Part shown: positions 27,173 to 39,029 of the stretch, piece by piece
Numbering within the stretch: the stretch's first letter is position 1
Layout of the letters: each line of letters opens with the position of its first letter
Made by a program: the position numbers and the translations under genes
Origin: Vicugna vicugna
Taxonomy: Eukaryota
Reading direction: 5' to 3'
Length of the DNA: 64,000 nucleotides
NCBI GenBank assembly: GCA_013265495.1
Contig: MU058065.1
Coordinates: 7,502,302 to 7,566,301, forward strand
The notes under the pieces: model-generated
Told to the model about the DNA's origin: nothing
Seen by the model: only the letters and a program-made list of their open reading frames with translations
The model's database searches: none

Positions 27173-27383
27173 CAGTGTTTTGTTGATAAATATTTAACAG
27201 TTGTCTTCCTAGAGAAGGGTGAAAAAAAGCCTTGTTTTACAGCGTTTACTGATTTCTGTGGTGTAAATACGCCTGTCAATGCTGATTTCCAACATCAGTG
27301 TAAGGCCACGGCACGTGGCGATGGGAAGTGATGTACACAGTAGGCTCTTCTGAGCTAGTGGGAGTGGCTCCAGTCCATGGCTG
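27173..27383 (-). mobile_element. MER63-like hAT-Blackjack MITE
   Basis: 'taaatatttaacag...agcgtttactgatttctgtggtgtaaatac...gggaagtgatgtacaca...ggctccagtccatggctg'. Confidence 0.8.
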
Positions 27384-28254
27384 GTTGGAACGAATACATT
27401 AAAAGGTGACTAAGGCATGTTCTCAATTCTTGTCCTGCAAGAGTCTTCATGGTACAGCTAAAAATGCTGGAGCCCCTTGCTGGTGTGAATTCTACCCTGT
27501 TGTCTGCTCCTAGCTGTGCATTTATAATTTGTATACTTTACTCTATATACTTCAATAAAAAGTTGAAATATTAAACAGTGTAAAGTAAAGAATTCTTTCC
27601 ATCCCTTGCAATTACAGACACATCATTTCTCATCATCATCTCTCCAACAGTTCTTGTCTTTGAGAAGTCTCAGGGTTGGATTGCATTGTCAAGGGGTGAA
27701 AAGTGGAATTTCAGACGGCAAGTAGTGTGTGGTCCCCTTTTTAAGGAATTGGAGAGAGAAAACCTAGCTTCCTTCCAGGTAAAGGGCCTGATTGACGTAG
27801 CCTGATGGGAATCATGGTGAGTTCTGTAATGCAACTCTGTTCATAGCCCCTGGCTCCTCTGCATGCCCCAAATAAACACAGACTGTTGATGCTGCTTTCA
27901 GATGAATCCCCTGCAAGTGCTGGCATAGCAAACTGAGCAGCCATGGGCCCTGCCCTCCGGGGAGGGAGCCCCGAACACAGCTGCCATGCAGGGGATGGAG
28001 GGGTAAAACGGGGGCGGTCTCTGAAAGCCAATCCCAGCCTCCTGCGGTTTGGCAGTTGGCCTGGGAGCCCTGGGGCTTTCTGGGGAAAAGCCAAGAAGAA
28101 AGGACAGGGTGAGGGAAAGAGGGAGGAGGAGAAGGGGGACCTGCTTTTACAGGCAGGGTAGGGCTGCATGTGCCTGTCAGGGCCAGAATTGTTGACTCTT
28201 TCCTGGAATGACTTTCTATAGAGGAGAGGAAAGTCAACCCGACCTGCACAGTCT

Positions 28255-28405
28255 CCTTTCAACCTCATAACCACCAACCCCGTCAGGTAGATTTTCACAT
28301 TTCTCAGATGGGGAACCTGAGGCCTGGAGGATAAAAGAACTGGCCTGTGCCCCACAAATGTTAAATGCTAAAGGAGAGATTCAGTCCCACTGTCTACCTG
28401 TTTTG
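28255..28405 (-). mobile_element. MIR fragment
   Basis: 'catttctcagatggggaacctgaggcctggagg...actggcctgtgccccacaa'. Confidence 0.65.
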
Positions 28406-28414
28406 GCACCTCTG

Positions 28415-28680
28415 GATCAAATCCTTTGATCTACTGGCTAATTGAGTGCAACACTTCTTTGTCTGCTTGTCTTATGCTCCATTCTCTCCCTTGTAAACAA
28501 ACCCTTTGATGGTTGAAATGACTAACCAGACTGATCATGCTGACCTCCAGTGATGACAGGGGAGGGGTTCTTCTCTGTAGGGGTAGGTTCGGTGTGGAAT
28601 TAGCATCTGAAAATCTTAGGCACCAGTGCAACCCTCCTGTCAGAAGACAGTTAATAATACCAATGATTTATTTCTTCAAC
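28415..28680. promoter_or_regulatory. Candidate enhancer with TCF/LEF, FOX, MEIS and PBX-HOX motifs
   Basis: CCTTTGATC 28423-28431, GTAAACA 28493-28499, CCTTTGATG 28503-28511, CTGTCA 28637-28642, TGATTTAT 28664-28671. Confidence 0.35.
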
Positions 28681-29202
28681 TTCTGGCTTGGGAGAACAGC
28701 AACTTGTGTTAAATCAACTGTGTGTCCTCACTGGAGCATCAGCACGGTCAGCTGCTCTGTCATGAATCCAAGCACGTCTATCTCTCTGTCCATCAGTCCT
28801 TGTGGTTGCATTCTGCCCTTCAAACCCTCCCTGCACAAACACGAAAATCAGCACAGACTCCTCACAAGGGCATTCGCCCCTTGGCTCTCAGTCAGAATAA
28901 ACAGGCAAGGCTCTAGATGCTAAAACCCTGCCCCAAAGTAAAACAAAGCCAGCATGGCCACTTGCTGTCCTTACCCATCACACTTTCTGTGTCCTGTCTC
29001 CTGCTGCCATTTTGTACTTCTCTATTAAAAAGTCAAACGCTGAAATTTCTAATTGCTCTCTTTGAAGAACTTTTGTTGAATTTTCATGGCTTAGATGTTC
29101 TATTTTCTCTATTGATATGGTGGTAGTTTGGGGACTGGGAGGAACAGCAGGAGCTTTTTCTCTAGTTTGAGCAGGTCTACTCATGTGTAGGCATTAGCAA
29201 CA

Positions 29203-29281
29203 TTAAGCTGAACCATACAAAAGGGTCATTTTGTAAGTGAGAAACAATCCAGTATTAGCAATTTCATAAGGTTCAACCTAC
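29203..29281. mobile_element. MADE2 mariner-derived 80-bp MITE
   Basis: TIRs ttaagctgaaccatacaaaa / atttcataaggttcaaccta; the length and internal sequence match recalled MADE2. Confidence 0.8.
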
Positions 29282-29299
29282 ATCACCAAATGCAGAATC

Positions 29300-29940
29300 T
29301 GAAACTGAGCAGGACCTTGCAGGGCTCTCCTGGGTACAAAGCCCCTTGGTGTCCCCCATTTCTTGTTTGTAAAAAAAAAAAAAAAGGCTATAGTCTCCTA
29401 GGCCTTTTCTGACTTCCAAAAAGCAGCCTTAATCAGTTACTAATTAAGGAAGTGAGGGAAGGCAAAATCAGAAGAGAAGTAGTCAAGAAACAACAGTTCA
29501 ATGATAAACAGAGTCCTATTTCCTCTTCAAGGGATATACATAACAATCTGATGCATAACTTTGTGATGTTCTGCAGGGACTAAGACCCCTGCACCCAGAT
29601 AGAGGATGGTGACTATATGCAGAACACAAGAAGGTAGATTCAAGACTGGTTGGAACGAGAAGGCTAATGATTGAGATTCCTCAAACATCATCCTGTTACT
29701 TCACCACCAACCGATCAGAAGAAAGCCATGCACCCTGCAGCCCTCACCCCAATTGTTGCCTTTAAAAGCCCTTCCCTGAAAGCCATTGGGGAGTTCAGGA
29801 TTTTTGAGCATGAGCTGCCCATACTCCTTACTTGGCACCCTACAAACAAAGGCTGTACTTTTTCCTTCACCACAACCCAGTGTAAGTAAATTGGTTTTGC
29901 AGCATGGTGGGCAAGTGAACCTAAGTTCTATTTGATAACA
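29300..29940 (+). mobile_element. ERV1 solo LTR, MER41_BT-like (cetartiodactyl MER41)
   Basis: Ends TGAAACTGAGCAGGAC...GATAACA; perfect 4-bp TSD AATC (29296-29299 / 29941-29944); 'caccaccaaccgatcagaagaaag...caccctgcagccctcacccc...cctttaaaa' as in MER41_BT. Confidence 0.9.
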
Positions 29941-30146
29941 AATCCTCTGAATGTGGTTACCAGACTTGATTATCTTTGTACTTTGATGCATTTCTTAGAT
30001 CAGGCCTCTATCACTAAATGTTTTCTGAGCACAAGAATGAGGGATTGAGTGAGTGTGTGAATAGGAGAGACATAATATATGAATTATCAGAAACAAAGGT
30101 AGGTTTCAACTTCAGAGGGGAATGAGCCTGGGGACAGGGTAAGGGT

Positions 30147-30171
30147 TGTGTGTGTGTGTGTGTGTGTGTAT

Positions 30172-30202
<31 letters not shown>
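30147..30202. repeat. (TG)n microsatellite, interrupted
   Basis: Direct reading. Confidence 0.95.
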
Positions 30203-30705
30203 CACATGCCAGGAGCCAAGCCATTGATAGGTGGGGGTCCAAGCTTCTTAAGAAAGCTCCACCCTATCTTCACCTTCCCTGTACAACTGTCTGACCACTT
30301 GTGTTGCCATCCTATATTCCTCACTGATGTCACTAAGTTCTTTTTTATCACAGTGTCAACATATTACTTCCAAAATAAATCAATGAACAGATGTTCTTTT
30401 GAAGTAAGTGGTATGGTCTTAAGAAACTCCCACAGCTACTTTCTAACAGCCCAACATTGCCAGAGACAATGTTCTGGGCATCCGAGGAGCAAGGACATCA
30501 AAACTTAAGATTCAAGAAGTGGGAAGCCAAAGCTCATAGCTTACTGTCTCCTCCCTGAGAAGCCTTTGGACATGATTCAGAAGAGCAAATGAATAAAAGT
30601 CAGCACAAAGGAGTGGAAGGAGGGTCACACACCATGGGAGAAACACAAAGAGGAGAAACATAAGAGAGACAAGAAGACAGACCCCCTGTTTGCTCCCACA
30701 AAGCA

Positions 30706-30972
30706 TAGTCTTTATGTGTTTTAATTTTTTGTTGTACATTCTTATCAGTAAAATGTTTTTATTACATTTCCAAGTAAATATATGTTCATTTTGCAAATTA
30801 TACGCACTTGCTACTATATTGATATACTATGTATGTCTGAGACAGACTCAAAATTATAAGTTACAACATAGATAAAATAAAAATGCATAAGAAGTTACAC
30901 TTTCTTTCCACACCCTTGTAAAATCACCTTGTGCATCCCCTAGGTGAGCTCATGTCATTTTGGAGACCTTTG
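30706..30972 (-). mobile_element. MER113-like hAT-Charlie MITE
   Basis: 'cttatcagtaaaa...ttctttccacaccc...cttgtgcatcccctagg...attttggagacctttg' terminus. Confidence 0.65.
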
Positions 30973-30980
30973 GGTTGGAA

Positions 30981-31287
30981 TAGCATTGCCAGTAGAAATA
31001 CAATGCAAATTGCATAGGTAATGCATAATTGTATAGTAATCCCACTTAAAAAAGATAAAAAAAATAGATGAAATTCCTTTTAATAATACATTTCATTTAA
31101 CCCAGTATGTTCAAAGTATTATTTCAAAAGGTAGTCAATATAAAAGTCATTAATGAGTTATTTTGTAACTAAGTGTTAGGAATCTAGCATGTATTTTACA
31201 CCTCCAGTACATCTCCATTTGGAAAAGCCACATTTCGAGTGACCAACAGATGCACATGGCTAGTAGCTGCTGTATTAGTCAGCGCGG
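30981..31287 (+). mobile_element. MER33 hAT-Charlie MITE
   Basis: 'tagaaatacaatgc...ttttaataatacatttcatttaacccag...agccacatttcgagtg...atggctagtagctgctgtattagtcagcgc'; TSD ggttggaa / ggttagag. Confidence 0.85.
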
Positions 31288-31872
31288 GGTTAGAGGAATA
31301 TGACAGCAGGAGGAACGGGAGTCCTGGGAATGTGTGTCTGCAGTCAAGGCTGGGAACTATAGAATAATTATGTTAATCAGCCATTGCCACATGGAGAGTT
31401 GTAATCCTCCAGTTCCTTTAACTAGACAACCTTAAATAAGCATATCAAGTTCAGAGTAATGTGATCTTGTTAAAAGGGAATTTTATGTAAGTACATAAAT
31501 GTATGAGAATAGTAAAGATGTGCATAAACACACAGCAAACAGTGGATACTGGTCACTGTGGGGATAGATTGGAGGTCAGTGAGTAATAGGTTATTAAATT
31601 TTCTTTATATGTGTCTATATACCTTGAGCTCTCAAAATGTACACTTTTAAAAAATAATTTTAAATGACAACAATCTTTTGAAGGATATGCACTATTTTTT
31701 CCCCCAGAGAGTATACAATATTAATCCTTATTGATAAAATAATGCTTCTCCAGTCATCCAGATTTGGACCTACTCATCTTACCCACACAGTCAATGCATT
31801 CCTCTTAATGAATAAAACAGACTTTTTTTTTTTTTTTTTTTTTTGGTGGAAGGAAGGTTGGGAGAGGGAAGC

Positions 31873-32110
31873 TGGGTTTAAGTTTGCAGATAAAATACAG
31901 AACTCTCAGTTAAATTTGAGTTTCAGATAAACAATGATTAATTTTTTAACATAAGCACGTCCCATGAGACATTTCCTATGTATGATCCAGGGATAAGCAT
32001 AATACTTGCATGGGGCATACATATTTATCCTAAAAATTATTCATTGTTTATCTGAAATTCAAACTTAACTGGGCATCCAATATTTACATTTACCAAGTCT
32101 AGCAACCCTA
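31873..32110. mobile_element. MER53 palindromic hAT MITE
   Basis: Long inverted arms 'cagttaaatttgagtttcagataaacaatgattaattttt' / 'aaaaattattcattgtttatctgaaattcaaacttaactg'; ends 'gcaacccta'. Confidence 0.9.
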
Positions 32111-32556
32111 CTTGGGCTGCCGTTTTGGGTGCGAGCGGCAGTTGGTTATCTCGACGTGCTGCTTTTCTCTGCACTTACAGGAAAATGCTACCTCCAAGGG
32201 AATTATTCTCATTCCTGGTTCCCAGCTGGGATCCCTCTTGCCATGATAAAATAATTATGAAAGTAAATTCACCTTTCAGTCTTTCAATCTTTCTCCCTAT
32301 TTCCCACCTCCCGCCACAAATAAGGTCTTAAATTTGTTTAATCTGAATTTCTTCTCTACGGGTATTTTCAGAAATTTGACTGGAGAGAAATATTACAATT
32401 CTTGAATGTTTTGAACAAGCACACTACTAACCACATTACTTATGTTAGTCTCAGCTCTCAAAGAATGTATAGTATTTTGCAAAGAATATGTTCCACTATT
32501 TTTATTACATATTTATATGTTAACACAGTGCTAGAATCATGACGAGTGTGTATCTC

Positions 32557-32581
32557 TGTGTGTGTGTGTGTGTGTATGTGT
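32557..32581. repeat. (TG)n microsatellite
   Basis: Direct reading. Confidence 0.9.
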
Positions 32582-34052
32582 ACCCTCACCTTATATCCAG
32601 GGCATTTCCACTCTTTCATTGCTTGTCACTGATTGCTGGTGTTCAGATGGACATTGATTTACATTAGGCTTGCAAGAAACCAAAGGGCCTGAAATCTCAT
32701 GCATCTCTATTCACTGAATTCAAGTTTTAGATATACCATCCAAGGGTTTGTTCTTTTCTTTGGATAATCCAGGGAAAACCTCAGCCTCCAATAGCTAACT
32801 TGTCAATCCACTTCAAAATGCAAATCCTTAAGAAATTAGCCTGGGCACTCATGTCAGGAAATCACAATACTCTCCCTGAGGTTTTAATGATGCATGAATC
32901 CTTTGATCCAGAGCTTTCTAACGTCTAATCCATTAGCAGAATTGCTTTTTTCCATTGTATCCCCCTTCACCAGATTCAATTAGCTCTGTCTATAGAGTTC
33001 AAACCACAAATAGAAGGACAGGTGCTTACCCAGTCTCCAAACATCCCTGTATGCATTTTGAATGTAAGCCCAGGGCTGAGTGATAGTCACATTGGCTCTC
33101 CTGAGCTCATGCCTTCATCTTACCCTAGCCTCGTTTTCTCAAGCACACAACTGCAGGGCCAGAGGACTAGAATGAGGGAGATTTTCTAAAGACATAAGTC
33201 ACATGAAGCGGAAATCCTAATTTTAGGGCTGGGATAGGTCCTGTGAAGTCATGTTGTTTATCCTCCTGTTCCTGGAAAACAGCAGAAATCATTATAAGGA
33301 CAAGTTCTTGGATAAAAGTAAACATATTAAAAGTGCCTGACTGAGAGGCTACAAAAAATCAAATTGTGACAGGGTTAATGAAGAAGGGCAATGAAAACAA
33401 TATTTGCACTGCTTGAGAACCTTGTAAGAAAAAGAGTGCTGCTATCTTCTTTTCAAATAGAACAGAATAAATTGAGATTAAATGAGTCTGACTCCAACTA
33501 CAAACAAGAGATCATCTTGATTTGCAAGTCACAGCAAATACTCATCCCCAATTTCAACTCAGGCTCTTCTTCCTTTGTCCTGAAACTTTTGTTTTATTCT
33601 TTCCTCCCAATTTCTTATCCCAATTCTTTTTCTTTCTTTGTTTCTTTCTTTTTTTTTCTTTTTCCTTTGGAATTGATTTATTTTCTGTCCTCTTGGAGGC
33701 AAGGAGCCAGTTCACTTGAGAAATGTGCTTGCTCTTTGGGTCTGGGTTCCAGAACACCATGAAAGCTAAAGTCTTTCCATGAACCCAACTACAAGAAAGG
33801 TTTTTATTTGCACACAGAATATTCTCAGGAAAGACAAATGTATCTTCTGAAAATTATAAATGGTCATTAAAGCTTAGTCTTTTAAAATATGAACCATGCT
33901 GATGGCGCATCAAAACCCACATAGTACCCTTTCTCAGGACACTTTACACAAGGAAGGATTTACTAGTTTTTTTAAATTAATTTCTCTAAGACACTAGACA
34001 ATAGCTAGGTCACCTTTTGCAAATATATACAAGATAGTAATCTAAGCTCAGT

Positions 34053-35733
34053 TGGAAAGATATACCGTGTTCATGGATTAGAAGAATTAATATTGTTAAA
34101 GTGACCATACTATCCAAAGCAATCCAAAGATTCAATGTAATTCCTATCAAAATACCACTGGCTTTTTTCACAAAACTAGAACAAGTAATTTTAAAACTTG
34201 TATGAAAACACAAAATATCCTGAATAGCCAAAACAATCTAGAGAAGGAAGAACAGAATGGGAGGAATCACATTCCCTGACTTCAGACTATACTGCAATAA
34301 TCAAAATAATATGGTACTAGCACAAAAACAGACACACAGATCAATGGCACAGAATAGAGAGTCCAGAAATAAACTCATGCACTTATGGTCAATCTCTGAA
34401 AAAGAAGGTAAGAATACATAGTGGAGAAAAGACAGTCTCTTCAATAAGTGGGTTTGGGAAAACTGGATAGTTACACGTAAAAGGATGAAATTAGAACATT
34501 TTCTCACAACATTTACAAAAAGAAACTCAAAATGGATTAAAGACCTAACTGTAAGACCAGAAACCATAAAATCCCTAGAAGAAAAAATACACAGAACACT
34601 CTTTGATGTAAATAGTAGCAATATTTTTTTGGCTCTATCTCCTAAGGCAAAGAAAACTAAAGCAAAAATAAACAAATGGAAACTAATTAAACCTAAAAGC
34701 TTTTACACAGCAAAGGAAACCACTGACAAAATGAAAAGATAATCTAATGAACAGGAGAAAATACTTGTAAATGATATGACCAATAAGGGGTTAATATCCA
34801 AAAATATACAAACAGCTCATATAATTCAATAACAACAATAAAAAAAACCTGATTAAAAATGGATAGAAGACTTAAATAGACATTTTCCAAAGAAGACATA
34901 TAAATGGTCAATAGGCATATAAAAAGATACTCAACATCTCTAATCATCATAGAAATCCAAATCAGAATCACAATGAAATAGCACCTCACATCTGTCAGAA
35001 TGGCTATCATCAAAAAGAGCACAAATAACAAGTGTTGGTGAGAATGTGGAGAAAAGGGAACACTTATACACTGTTAGTGGAAATATAAATTGGTATAGCC
35101 ATTGTGGAAAACAGTATGGAGGTTACTAAAAACAGAACTACCATATGACTCAGCAATTCCACTCCTGGATATGTATCTGAAGAAAAAAAAAACACTAATT
35201 CAAAATGATACATGCACTCCAATGTTCATTGCAACATTATTTACAATAGCCAAGATGTCCATCAAAGATGAATGAAATATATATATAATGGAATATTACT
35301 CAGCCATAAAAAAGAATGAAATTTTTGCCCATTTGCAACCACATGGATGGAACTGGAGGGTATTATACTTAGTAAAGTAAGTCAAACAGAGAAAGAAAAA
35401 TACTGTAAGTTGTCACTTATATGTGAAATCTAAAAAAAAAACTAGTGAAAACAGCAAAAAAGAAACAGACTAACAGATACATAGAACAAACTAATAGTTA
35501 TCACTGGGGATAGGGCTATGGGAAGAGGCAAAACAGGGGTAGAAGATTAAGAGGTACAAGCAACAATGTATAAAATAAATAAACTACAAGGATGTATTTT
35601 ACAGCACAGGGTATATAGCCAATATTTTGCAATAACTATAATTGTAGTATCATCTATAAAAATTTTGAACCACTATGTTGTACACTTGAAACTAATATAA
35701 TATTGTACATCAATTGTACCCCAATAAACAAAA
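34053..35733 (+). mobile_element. 5'-truncated LINE-1 (ORF2 C-terminal part with stops and frameshifts, plus artiodactyl-type 3' UTR)
   Basis: Translates as [16 protein letters not shown]... and NSKWIKDLTVRPETIKSLEE (L1 ORF2); 3' UTR 'gattaagaggtacaa...tacaaggatgtattttacagcacaggg'; AATAAA at 35723-35728. Confidence 0.95.
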
Positions 35734-35969
35734 GTATCATTGTATTATTTAAAGATGAATGGTAAAGTCCATTTTAATAATTTATAATTTTAATTTTTCT
35801 TTACTTAAAATAATATTAAATTGAAAAAAATTAAAAGTCAAGAAAGAGTATGGAAAAATAGAAAAATTCTTACATTCCTATCTTTATGCCAGCTTTCCTG
35901 TGAATTTTGAGCAAGAGACCCCACATTTCCATTTTTGCACAGAGCCTGAAAATGAGATAGCCACACTGT
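35734..35969 (+). mobile_element. hAT-Tip100-family DNA transposon terminal fragment (MER97/MER115-like)
   Basis: 'aaagatgaatggtaaagtcc...ttttctttactt...tttgagcaagagaccccacatttccatttttgcac' resembles the Tip100-family end. Confidence 0.6.
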
Positions 35970-36019
35970 TCTGTTTCTCTCTACCAGTTTCCTATATCAT
36001 TACTACTCCCAAATAATTC

Positions 36020-36180
36020 ATTTCTCCATCTTTATGTTCCTCTTCTATAAAATGGACATCACAGTAGTATGTATCTTATGAATTTGTTAGAAGGATAAAA
36101 TAACAAGATGATTAAAAATATTTAGCATAGTGTCTGCCTGGATCAATAAAGGAATGATAAATGCTGAATGAGTGAATGAT
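36020..36180 (+). mobile_element. MIR 3' half
   Basis: 'ttcctcttctataaaatggac...ttgttagaaggataaaataa...ttagcatagtgtctg'. Confidence 0.65.
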
Positions 36181-38250
36181 AGTATTGCCAATTGGTAACC
36201 ACTGGGGATACAGCTCTACTCTGGTTGTGGCGGGTGGGTGGCAGTGTGAAGGAGGTGATAACAGTGGAGATGACAATAGGAGTGGTGGTGTGGGAGAAGG
36301 TGGTCGTGTTAGCGGTGGAGGTGATGGTGGATATAGTCGGGAGGTGCACATGGATAGGTGGGTAGAATAGGATGCAGAGAATGGAGATGTGACATAAGAA
36401 TCAACCCAGAGTTCTCCATAGGATTTAAAAGACCAGGACCCTGATCAAAGCATTCTCTGCTCAAAGGTCCTAATTCGTGTACATCCTGGCCCATGGGTTT
36501 TATCTGCCTCTAAACTCTCTACTCTTCTCCCATTTCTCTCCATTCAAACAGATACACTTGAAATTTCCCAGGCATACTTAGTGATTTCATGCCACCCGAT
36601 TATGTAGTTTTGGTCCTTGCCTTCGTGAATGCTGTCTCCACTACACTGGGAGGAAATGCCCTCTGCTCTCTTCTTTCTATTCACCCTTGAAAACTCAGTC
36701 ATTCATCAAACTTCTTTCTCACTTCCTTCCCAGAGCCATCCCAGACCCATGTGCTCACCTCATCCCTTTCAGATTTTTTCACTGTACTGGCTCTTGGTTT
36801 GTTGGACTAAGTGGAAGGTACCATTTGTAGTGGAGGGGTATGAGGAAGGACTGGAGATTCTGAGAGGATTGATACATAACTTGTAAGTAGGAGGGAAATC
36901 TGAGGAGAAATGAGCAGAAGGAGTGTGTGTGAGGCATTTTTTGTTTGTCAGACAGGTGATGGCAGAAGGGAGTGAAATGAAATGAGACAAGAAGCCCAGG
37001 TCAAAAAGTGCCTCAGTCTGGACTCTTCTGGCAGTAAAGCCCATGGTGGGGTCTTAATTTCCTCTAGAGATGGAATTTTTCCTGTTTGTCTTGGGATGTT
37101 AATTTACTCTCTGGTATACAATGTCTCAGATGAATTTTCACTAGGATTCATCTTTGGAGGATTCTGATGTTTGATCACTATTACTTTTTCTCTTTGAATG
37201 TGTATCTCATCCACTTAACCTAAGCCATCAACTGAAAGGGAGATGCTGCCTCATTGCTAAGTCCTTGGAATTTCACAGTCTACCTCCAGTTTCTCAGCTA
37301 TCGATGTCAGTTCCTTCCTGCATTTGATTGAACGGGAGGGGGAATTTTCTTCTACCCATGAGCATCCTTGTCTCACTTCAGAAATGACATTCCTAGTTCT
37401 TCTAGGGGCAGGCCATCTTACTTAGTCCTTGCCCCCAGAGAGCTCTGTCTCTCACGCATCCCAGATTGTGGGAAGAGAAAAATGCAAAGTTAAATATTAA
37501 AAAGGGTTTAATTACAGTCTCTTCTGCTATTAAAACCACTGTTACTCTGTGAAAATGAAAGTTAATGATAGGAGATGTAGACTAACTTTTTTCCCTGAAG
37601 AAATACAAAAAATAAAGTTGATTTTAATAATTTTAAGTTATTTTGTTGTGGCTAAAGTAAGCAAAATATAACAACTTGAGAACCAAAATAAATCTAAATG
37701 TCTCTGAGAAAAATTCTCAAGGGAGCAAAAAAAGTCCTAAATTAGCAAGTACCTAGGTAAATTTTAGGCCAGTTCCCAGCTATCAATGTTAAACAAAAAC
37801 ACAAGCTGCCAAATGAATAGCCAGCTACTCAGACAAAGCAGCTGTGAATTCTTATAATATTTTTGGAAAGATTTTTCCCCCAAATTTGCCTTTGTGCCCT
37901 ATTAGCCACCAATTGTGAAAACATTTTTATCAACAATAGAGGGCAAAATACCAGGTAATTGTAAGAGGTTATATAACCTTGAGTAGTGACAGAAAATGAC
38001 TGAAATTCAAAGGGATGATATTTTGGTAAGGAGATGAGTGTAAAAGATAAAAATTAGCATCCTCAAGTCATTTTTTACAGAAATCCAAAGATGTTGCTTA
38101 TAAAATGAACTCCATAAATCTTTAAAGGAAGTATGTCCACAGAAGCAAAATGTGGTTCAAGCTGAGAAGCAAAGGTGATATTCATCAGGCAGGTCAGGAG
38201 GATTGGTTAAATTCAAGGAGAGAGATTCCTATTTCAAGAAGAAAGAAGCT

Positions 38251-38802
38251 ATTTTCATTTTTTCCTGATGTACATTGATAGTCTACAAGGGTTCCTTTTT
38301 CTCCACATCCTTGCCATCATTTGTTGTCTGTAGACTTTTTGATGATAGCCATTGTGACAGTGGAATATTACTCAGCCATAAAAAAGAATGAAATTCTGCC
38401 ATTTGCAACAATGGGTGGACCTAGAGTGTATTATGCTCAGTGAAATGTCAGACAGAGAAAGACAAATATTCTATGTTATCAGTTACATGTAGAATCTAAA
38501 AAATAAAAATAAATAAATAAATTCATATAACAAAACAGAAAAGACAGATGTAGAGAACTAGTGGTTCCCAGTGGGGAGAAGGGAGAAGGGAGAAGGGCAT
38601 GATGGGGGAAGGATTAAGAAATACAAACTACCATGTATAAAATAGATTAGCAACAAGGGAACTGTACAGCATAGGGAACTTTAGCCATTGTTTTGTAATA
38701 ACTTTAAATGACGTGTAATTTATAAAATTTTGAATATGTTACACACTTGACATAATGTTATAAATCAATTATGTTTCATTTAAAAAGAATAAAAAGAAAA
38801 AA
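38251..38802 (+). mobile_element. 5'-inverted (twin-primed) truncated LINE-1
   Basis: 38251-38360 is antisense ORF2; 38361 onward is the sense ORF2 end, 3' UTR and A-rich tail; TSD aagaagaaagaagct / aagaataaaagagct (12/15). Confidence 0.9.
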
Positions 38803-39029
38803 AAGAATAAAAGAGCTGAATAGGAATAAGGAACTGAGAAGGTGAAAAGCAGACATGCATATGGCAGGGCTAAGGTAGAGGATCTGGAGTGAAGAGATTA
38901 GGAATGGAGTCAAAGGGAGAAGACAGCAGGAGAAGAGACAATCCAAGACCTTAGTTTAGACACATATTCCTGAGGACAGAGCCAGGGCACTGGTAGACCA
39001 GCTAAGTGATGCGGTCGTGATCTCCAGCT

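Noticed and set aside
27741..28355. Longest ORF (204 aa, minus strand) and overlapping 145-aa ORF
   Set aside because: The 204-aa ORF starts inside a MIR at a non-ATG codon; both have low-complexity P/S/G/L composition from GC-rich DNA and no recognisable domain
30014..30508. HT- and CV-repeat ORFs
   Set aside because: Translations of the (TG)n microsatellite
34010..35031. ORFs of 73-124 aa on both strands
   Set aside because: Sense and antisense fragments of a dead L1 ORF2 with stops and frameshifts; not a host gene
36112..36370. Pro-, Thr- and Gly-rich ORFs
   Set aside because: Derived from a degenerate (GGT/GGA)n low-complexity tract
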